NCBI GenBank assembly: GCA_041657425.1
Contig: JBBABY010000001.1
Location: 1 to 32,000, forward strand
Length of the DNA: 32,000 nucleotides
Source of the DNA: an archaeon
GTDB taxonomy: Archaea > Iainarchaeota > Iainarchaeia > Iainarchaeales > CSSED10-239
Direction: 5' to 3'
Below, in pieces: positions 26,169-32,000 of this stretch (position 1 is the stretch's first letter; each line of letters begins with the position of its first letter). The position numbers and the translations under genes are program-made. The notes under the pieces are model-generated. The model saw nothing but the letters and a program-made list of their open reading frames with translations, made no database searches and was not told the origin of the DNA.

Positions 26169-26963
26169 TCACCTAATATAACTTACTGGTGCGTCTTTTT
26201 TCTTTTCTAGTTCTTTTATCTTTTCTTGAATCTCTTGGAATGATTCTTCAATCTTTTTTGCTTGAGTATCAATTTTTTTCATATCTACTTTAAAATCAAA
26301 CATTGAACACATTACTCCTAAGATACTTCTTGCAGAACCTTGATCTCCAAAGATTAGTTTTTGGTCTGTTTCTCCCATAAAACAACAACCAGGAATCTTA
26401 TGATTATAATATGCTACACCAACTAAAAGGCCAGCAACTCCAGAAATGAGTGTGTCTCCTTGTGTATCATCAAAAATTACATTCTCTATCTTTTTCTTTT
26501 TTAATTTTTCTTTAGTGTCTTTATCACTGGTTACTGCTAGTACTCTTGGCTTTTGATTTAGTCTTTTCTCGCCGATGTTAAGACCTGCAAAAGTATAAAT
26601 TTCTTTAACACCTTGCTTTTTTGAAAAATCAGCAATACTTTCTGAAAACTCATAATGTTCAAAACTATTTGCAATGTTTGATAAGTTTGGTTGAACTGGA
26701 CCAACTACAAACAAAAAATCTTTTGTTTTTCCCTTATATAAATAAACATTATCCATAATTAATTCTAACATTGACGATTTTGCATGAACTGCTGGAGGGA
26801 ATGTATCTGAAACAATTGTTGCGTAGATTGTTGCTTTTGGTTTTAATTCATTAACTAAGTAATCAGTTGCAATCTTTCCTACTAACCCGATACCAGGGAG
26901 GCCAACAAGCAATACTGGATTTCTTAATTTTTGTTGTTTAATAACATCTATTTTTGTAACCAT
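26169..26963 (-). CDS. PAC2-family (COG1938) proteasome assembly chaperone-like protein.
   Basis: NPVLLVGLPGIGLVGKIATDYLV is the characteristic PAC2 N-terminal motif. The start is either ATG 26963 or GTG 26972. The stop is TGA. Confidence 0.7.
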   Translation of the reverse strand: MVTKIDVIKQQKLRNPVLLVGLPGIGLVGKIATDYLVNELKPKATIYATIVSDTFPPAVHAKSSMLELIMDNVYLYKGKTKDFLFVVGPVQPNLSNIANSFEHYEFSESIADFSKKQGVKEIYTFAGLNIGEKRLNQKPRVLAVTSDKDTKEKLKKKKIENVIFDDTQGDTLISGVAGLLVGVAYYNHKIPGCCFMGETDQKLIFGDQGSARSILGVMCSMFDFKVDMKKIDTQAKKIEESFQEIQEKIKELEKKKDAPVSYIR

Positions 26964-26973
26964 AATTACCACT

Positions 26974-27759
26974 TTAATTTTGAAGTTTTTTCTCTTGAGG
27001 AATTACTTTTAAGTTGCTTCCTTTTAATTGCTTTGCTAAAGAATCCGTAATCTCGTTAAACTGTTTTGAAGCTGTCTTGTAGTCTTTTGCTGTTACTGAT
27101 AATTCATACTTGCCTGAAGCAACATAAGTAATTATTGCAGACTCGTGTTCGTCTGTTACTTTCTTTAATGCTTTTTTAATAATCTCAACACCATTCTCTG
27201 TAGGATTTGAAATCTCTAAATGTCCTATTATCTTTTTATCTTTAATAGTTATACTTTTTGTTAAAATATCAATTAACTTAACTGCATACTTTTTATTGAT
27301 CTCTGGATAATAATCAATTCCGTTTTTTAGAATATTAATAAAACCAGTATAAAGACTTGTTTCTTTCTCTAAGATTGGCTCAGCAACATCACTCCACACA
27401 ACATCATCACTAATGTCTAGTTCTTTTGCCACTGCTGAAAGTAAGCTTTGTGCTCTTTTAAACAATCTATAATCAGAAATCTTTCTTTTTTCTTCAGCTG
27501 CTGTTACTCTATTAAATGAAATATCAATTTGATTTTTATAAGTGTCGATATGAAGAACCTTTCCTGCTCTTATTTGATTTTGCTTTGCATGGTTATGAAT
27601 GTTTTTTACCCAAGTTGAAGACACTTGAGAAACATGAACAAAACCCTCAATACCATCATACTCTAACAATGATACAAAGACTCCATAGTCTGTTATTTTA
27701 GTAACTTTACAAATTACTGTGTCTGCAATTTTTGGATATTCAACCATTTTATTTTTCAC
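26974..27759 (-). CDS. eif2a: Translation initiation factor aIF2 alpha subunit.
   Basis: N-terminal S1 domain (ADTVICKVTKITDYGVFVSLLEYDGIEGFVHVSQVSSTWVKNI). 261 aa. The track start is GTG 27759, and ATG 27747 (MVEYPK) is an alternative. Confidence 0.88.
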   Translation of the reverse strand: MKNKMVEYPKIADTVICKVTKITDYGVFVSLLEYDGIEGFVHVSQVSSTWVKNIHNHAKQNQIRAGKVLHIDTYKNQIDISFNRVTAAEEKRKISDYRLFKRAQSLLSAVAKELDISDDVVWSDVAEPILEKETSLYTGFINILKNGIDYYPEINKKYAVKLIDILTKSITIKDKKIIGHLEISNPTENGVEIIKKALKKVTDEHESAIITYVASGKYELSVTAKDYKTASKQFNEITDSLAKQLKGSNLKVIPQEKKLQN

Positions 27760-27767
27760 TTTTCCTT

Positions 27768-28325
27768 TTAATCTAATTTTTTAACTATGCTTTTTGAGAA
27801 TAATATTGTAAAAATGTTTTCTGGAATTTCACACACTACATCTTTATCAAATGGTCCATATTCTTTCATATCTGAACCAATAAATGAAGGTATGCTTTGA
27901 AGAGCTATTGCTTTAACTAAAGGCACCTGCTTTTCTTGCTTACTATTTCTTGCTCCAAACAAAGAATCTGTAAATTCTGCTTGTTTGTCAAGAAGCTTTA
28001 AAATATCTTTAACGAAATCTATTTCAAAATCAATTAAATGTTCTTCAGAGAAATCCTTTGTTCTACTGTATGTTAAACATAAATTTAAACACTTCTTTAA
28101 TCTTATTTCTCTAATCTTTAATACTGTTTGCTTTAACATTTCAAATCTTTTTAAATCAACTGGAGATAAACTTTCAAGAGCTTCTAAATATTTTGTTTTC
28201 TCTAGAACTAAATATTTTTTTAATTCTTTATAAAAAACTGGGTCAAGTTTTACTAATTTTGGAGACTTTGTTTCTAACCTGTATATTCTTGATAATTCGT
28301 CGTAATCCACTTTGTAATCCATCAT
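27768..28325 (-). CDS. GINS subunit (Gins51/Gins15-like).
   Basis: MMDYKVDYDELSRIYRLETKSPKLVKLDPVFYKELKKY...IREIRLKK resembles the archaeal Gins51 A-domain. It lies immediately downstream of priS, a known conserved pairing. Its ATGATG start overlaps the priS TGA. I reject the track's 28-codon N-terminal extension to 28409, which runs out of frame through priS. Confidence 0.6.
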   Translation of the reverse strand: MMDYKVDYDELSRIYRLETKSPKLVKLDPVFYKELKKYLVLEKTKYLEALESLSPVDLKRFEMLKQTVLKIREIRLKKCLNLCLTYSRTKDFSEEHLIDFEIDFVKDILKLLDKQAEFTDSLFGARNSKQEKQVPLVKAIALQSIPSFIGSDMKEYGPFDKDVVCEIPENIFTILFSKSIVKKLD

Positions 28326-29575
28326 TTTAAAACCCCCTTTAATAATAAATAAACACTTGCATATTCTGGCAAATCTACTTTTTCTCCTACTATGTATGGC
28401 CCAAACCATTGATCTAATAATCTAAACTTTGGAACTGGTTTTATTACTTCTCCTTTTCTATTTTTGTCTGGCCTGAAAATCACAGGATCAGAAAAGGCAT
28501 CAAATTTTTCTAAATCTTCTCTATCTTTGATTATACTTGAAAGTAATCCTGTTCCTCCGTGTATTGTGTCTGGCATTCTCATAATCTTATATATATCACT
28601 TGAAGACATTGGATCAATTTTAAAACTAAGTTTAGAAATTGCTAAGTTAATTAAGTCCTCCCAGAATCTGGCATCTTGTTTTGAATCACTTGTAAAATTA
28701 TGCCATAATATATTATTGTACATCTTATTTAAAATAACTTCTTTGTGTTCCATTAGCTTATTAATCTTTGGTTTAGTGAAATTGAAATCTTTCTTCAATT
28801 GAACTTCATTCATATTTTGAATGTAATCTTTAAGGAATTGCATCAATTTACCTGACCAGCCAGTCTTTGTGTCTGGGTTTGGACAATGCCATTGCCTGTC
28901 CTTATACTCAAAGCCAAGCTTAACTAAATCTATATCCTTGCCTTGAATATAGTTCATCATCTGAAGTCTTGAAGACTTAGATAATGGAATGATTGTTTTA
29001 TCTGTTACTCTTAGATGATAGCCTTTCGAACCAGAGAAACTTATAACTAGACTTTTTGGATCAAGCTTAAAGTCAGTTTCAAGAAAATCCATTAACCTTA
29101 AAGTTTCAGACTTTGCATGACCTAAACATTTGTCGCACACCCACTCAATTACTTCTAGTTTCCCTTGACATTCTGGACAAATATCTTTATGGCCATAACC
29201 GTTTGCTCCACAACTTGCACAATACCAAACATCGTGTTCTTCCTTACATGGTAAATCAAAATCATCAGCATCAAACTCATACACTATATCTGAACCCTCA
29301 AGTATCTTATTCTCCATTGGTCTTCTTTCAGGATACTTGTAGTAGGCTGTTGAATAAGACATAAAGAAAGGCGTATTATTAATTAAAAACTTATTTAACT
29401 CGTCATTATTTCTAAAAGCTAAGTGCCTTGAACTAATCTTTTTTCCAAAATCCCCTATTCCCACTTCTCTTGTTTCTATTGCTATTGTTGTTGTAACTGG
29501 ATTATGAAGATAATGATCTCTGAAAAGATCCCTTAAATAAGAAACAGTGAAATTAGAGATTTCAGTATACTGCAT
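28322..29575 (-). CDS. priS: DNA primase small (catalytic) subunit PriS.
   Basis: Catalytic acidic motif DIVYEFDADDFD, SGSKGYHLRV, and a Zn-knuckle region CASCG..CPECQG..CDKC. 417 aa. Confidence 0.88.
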   Translation of the reverse strand: MQYTEISNFTVSYLRDLFRDHYLHNPVTTTIAIETREVGIGDFGKKISSRHLAFRNNDELNKFLINNTPFFMSYSTAYYKYPERRPMENKILEGSDIVYEFDADDFDLPCKEEHDVWYCASCGANGYGHKDICPECQGKLEVIEWVCDKCLGHAKSETLRLMDFLETDFKLDPKSLVISFSGSKGYHLRVTDKTIIPLSKSSRLQMMNYIQGKDIDLVKLGFEYKDRQWHCPNPDTKTGWSGKLMQFLKDYIQNMNEVQLKKDFNFTKPKINKLMEHKEVILNKMYNNILWHNFTSDSKQDARFWEDLINLAISKLSFKIDPMSSSDIYKIMRMPDTIHGGTGLLSSIIKDREDLEKFDAFSDPVIFRPDKNRKGEVIKPVPKFRLLDQWFGPYIVGEKVDLPEYASVYLLLKGVLK

Positions 29576-29621
29576 ATATATTATATAATAAATAAGTATT
29601 TTAAAGGATTAACTTGAAAGA

Positions 29622-30293
29622 TTAATAGAAAGTTCCTCTTTTATAATCAAAAGCATGGCCTGGATGAGAAAATGGCCTAATTTTTATTCCCCAGGTTTTT
29701 TCTATATCTTTAAATACTTCCTTAAGATCTTTAGTTTTTGAATTTGCTAATCGTTTTTTAAAATCGAAATCGCTTTCGGTTCTTTTTTGTAAATATGTTT
29801 TTATCTTTCCAGTTTCTTGGGAAAAAAACAATTCTGCATTAAAATTTTCTTTTTTATTTGGGACCCTCCCATTCCTTAACATAAACTCACAATAACAGTC
29901 ATAAATTATATTTGCTAATTGCTTAACAAATGCATCTTTTTTAATAAATATATGAACTCTTCCAAATTCTTCTCCATTTTTGAAATGAGTTGAAGAAACT
30001 ACTGCTGTATGTTTCTTTCCATTAGTCACAAGATAATCATCAATCCAACCAAATAAATCATGGCCACTTGGAGTAGACTCAAAATTCAATTTGGGGTTAC
30101 ATTGATGAGTATGTATCTCTGTATATTTACCAGTTAAATATTTCCCTTTTTCATCATAACTTACTTTATTTTCATCAGCGTCTCTAGTTTTTTCAATAAA
30201 GTTTTCTCTAGCTTTCTTATATCCAAACACTTCATGTTTTATTCTTCCATGACAATTTTCTATTTGTTGTTTGAAGGTCGGACGACTTGGCAT
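29622..30293 (-). CDS. Hypothetical protein with a JAB/MPN-like (RadC-like) metal-binding signature.
   Basis: 223 aa. HEVFGY (Glu21), then H61-T-H63-x12-S76-G-H-D79 (IHTHQCNPKLNFESTPSGHDL). This resembles the JAMM pattern E..HxHx7SxxD with a 5-residue insertion. The ATG lies 2 nt after the rad50 stop, and an AGAGGA SD sits inside the rad50 3' end. Confidence 0.35.
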   Translation of the reverse strand: MPSRPTFKQQIENCHGRIKHEVFGYKKARENFIEKTRDADENKVSYDEKGKYLTGKYTEIHTHQCNPKLNFESTPSGHDLFGWIDDYLVTNGKKHTAVVSSTHFKNGEEFGRVHIFIKKDAFVKQLANIIYDCYCEFMLRNGRVPNKKENFNAELFFSQETGKIKTYLQKRTESDFDFKKRLANSKTKDLKEVFKDIEKTWGIKIRPFSHPGHAFDYKRGTFY

Positions 30294-30295
30294 AA

Positions 30296-32000
30296 TTATT
30301 CCTCTTTTACAAACGATACACCATCATTTTCTTTATCTCTTTCAATAATATACTTGCTTGCATTTATTGTTTCAAGAAGCTTTGAATCATGAGTAATTAT
30401 AAATATTTGGTCAACAAGCTCTGGAAGATCTTTTTCAAGAATTGTTGAAAGCATCGAAATGGTTTTAGTATCCATGTTGTGTGTTGGTTCATCAAGGATT
30501 AAAAGTCCTAGTTTCTTTGTTAAGGAAAGAGCAATTGCAACTCTTATGCTTAATGCAGCACAGGTTCTTTCTCCTCCGCTAAGAAGCCCTTCAACCCTTA
30601 TCCATTCTTTTTGAAGAGTTAAAACTTCTAACACATAATCATTTTCTGCTTTTAATCTTGCAGAAAGATAATCGCCGTAAGGATAAACCTTTGGCCAAAT
30701 GATATCTAGTGTCTGGTTAATATTATCAACTAAAACTTTTCTTAAATGCTCTTGACTATTCTCAAGAGCCACTCCAAAGAAAGTCATATCTTTCTGTTTT
30801 GTTTCTAGATTTGCAATTGATTGTTCTTTTTCAAGTAATTGCTTTGATAATTGATTATGTTGTTCTTTTACTTTCTCTAAATCTTTTATTCTTTCTTGGA
30901 TTAAAGAAATTTGAGAATCATTATTCCTTATATTTTCTTCTTGGGATTTATTGTCTGTCAAAAGAGAAATATATTTGTTTTCATCATAGGATATAACTGA
31001 AAGCTTTTGAAATAACTGTTGTTGACTTACAAGCACTTCTTTTTGAGAAACTAACTTTGTTTGATAATCACTGGCAAGATTTATGTTTTCTAAATCCTTT
31101 TCAATTACTTTTGTATCTGCTGGTTTGCCTAATTGCCTTTCTTCCACTTCAAGCTTTTGTTTTTCTTCTTGCAACTTTACTTTCTTTTCCTTTAATAATA
31201 ATTGTTCATTTGCCTTTTTTTCTTGAGATTGAAGTTGAGTTAAAGAAAACTTTGTTTCTTGAAGAGATTTTTCAAGCTTTGAAAGATTTTCGATAACTTC
31301 TTTCTGTTGTTCCTCTTTAACTTTTAATTTATCTGAAATCTGAACTACAGTTAAAGGAGAATCACAAACAGGACAATTGGAGAATCCTTTCTCTAATTCA
31401 GCGATTGCTTTTAAATTCTCGTTTTTCTGAGAAAATAACTTTGATTGCTCTTGAACAGATTGATTAAGTTTCTCTGAAAAGGCTTCTTTTTGCTTTGTAA
31501 TAAATGAAATATCTAAAGTTGAATCAAGAGATTTTTCAAGAATTTCTAGTTGATTATTAAAAAAGATTTTTTGACTTATTAAAGTTTTAACCTTAATATC
31601 TAGTTCTTGATTTTCTTTTAATTGCTTTTGTAAAACTAATTTATTTTCTAAAAGTTGTTCTTTTGAAAAAGAAAAGAAATGGTTTTTCTGCTTTTCTAGA
31701 TTTGTAATTTCATTTATTAATTGCTTTAATCTGTAATCAAGAACTCCTAGTTCTTGCTTTAAAGAATCAAATTGTTGTTTTTGCTTAGAAGAAGCCTCAA
31801 GTTCTTGCTTTAGAGAATTACCTTTCTGTTTCAATTCGTCTGTTGCTTTTAACAACAAAGAAATTTTTTCTTTATTTTCAAGAATCGACTTCTCTGTTTC
31901 AGATATATCATAATTTCCAAGTTGCGTTTGTAATTGCCGAATCAATCTTTGATTTGCATCAAGTTCTGTGTCAAGAAAAGACTTTACTTTTCTGGAATTC
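30296..32000 (-). CDS. rad50: Rad50 DSB-repair ATPase, partial (the N-terminal ATPase lobe lies beyond the window end).
   Basis: Long coiled coil; zinc hook SNCPVCDSPL (about 31362-31382); signature motif LSGGERT; Walker B LLILDEPTHNMD; FIITHD. The reading frame stays open from the track's TTG at 31945 to base 32000, so the true start is outside the window. Confidence 0.9.
   Translation of the reverse strand, partial: NSRKVKSFLDTELDANQRLIRQLQTQLGNYDISETEKSILENKEKISLLLKATDELKQKGNSLKQELEASSKQKQQFDSLKQELGVLDYRLKQLINEITNLEKQKNHFFSFSKEQLLENKLVLQKQLKENQELDIKVKTLISQKIFFNNQLEILEKSLDSTLDISFITKQKEAFSEKLNQSVQEQSKLFSQKNENLKAIAELEKGFSNCPVCDSPLTVVQISDKLKVKEEQQKEVIENLSKLEKSLQETKFSLTQLQSQEKKANEQLLLKEKKVKLQEEKQKLEVEERQLGKPADTKVIEKDLENINLASDYQTKLVSQKEVLVSQQQLFQKLSVISYDENKYISLLTDNKSQEENIRNNDSQISLIQERIKDLEKVKEQHNQLSKQLLEKEQSIANLETKQKDMTFFGVALENSQEHLRKVLVDNINQTLDIIWPKVYPYGDYLSARLKAENDYVLEVLTLQKEWIRVEGLLSGGERTCAALSIRVAIALSLTKKLGLLILDEPTHNMDTKTISMLSTILEKDLPELVDQIFIITHDSKLLETINASKYIIERDKENDGVSFVKEE

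Noticed and set aside
28326-28409. A 28-codon N-terminal extension of the GINS ORF (MVWAIHSRRKSRFARICKCLFIIKGGFK).
   Set aside because: It is an out-of-frame read-through of the priS C-terminal coding region. The ATGATG overlapping the priS TGA at 28325 gives a Gins51-like N-terminus and a typical coupled start.
31943-31945. TTG at 31945 offered by the track as the rad50 start.
   Set aside because: The frame stays open through base 32000 (..NSRKVKSFLDTELDANQR-LIRQLQ). The N-terminal Walker A lobe expected in Rad50 is missing, so the gene is truncated by the window edge.
1-32000. A scan for rRNA, tRNA, CRISPR arrays, prophage genes and canonical defence genes.
   Set aside because: No GC-rich structured islands occur in any intergenic gap, and all gaps are 319 bp or shorter. 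There are no repeat-spacer arrays. The herA here has the housekeeping archaeal HerA motif set, not a Sir2- or DUF4297-associated defence context.

Overview
The window is strongly AT-rich and very tightly packed. It carries about 27 protein genes, many with 1-12 nt gaps or overlapping start and stop codons. I found no rRNA, tRNA, CRISPR array, transposase or integrase. The gene content is clearly archaeal information processing: Dph2, aCPSF1/FttA, proteasome beta, Hel308, TruD, aRF1, aIF2-alpha, PriS, GINS, HerA and Rad50. Combined with the compaction and a pilin-signal/NHL surface protein, this suggests a small-genome DPANN-like archaeon. That lineage call is inference only.

Five things stand out:
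- A 1587-aa fusion of a double BcrAD/BadFG 'activase' ATPase with a dehydratase-like region. It is bracketed by a duplicated intergenic module that includes a degenerate copy of the gene's own 3' end.
- A tandem pair of divergent minimal kinase-like paralogs, inside a single minus-strand string running rad50, JAB-like, priS, gins, aIF2a, PAC2, kinase-like x2, herA.
- An uncharacterised HxH...SxxD protein immediately after rad50.
- Near-identical 141-bp in-frame tandem repeats in the NHL surface gene.
- Two paralogous orphan genes after hel308.

All product calls come from motif recognition by eye. No database search was possible.
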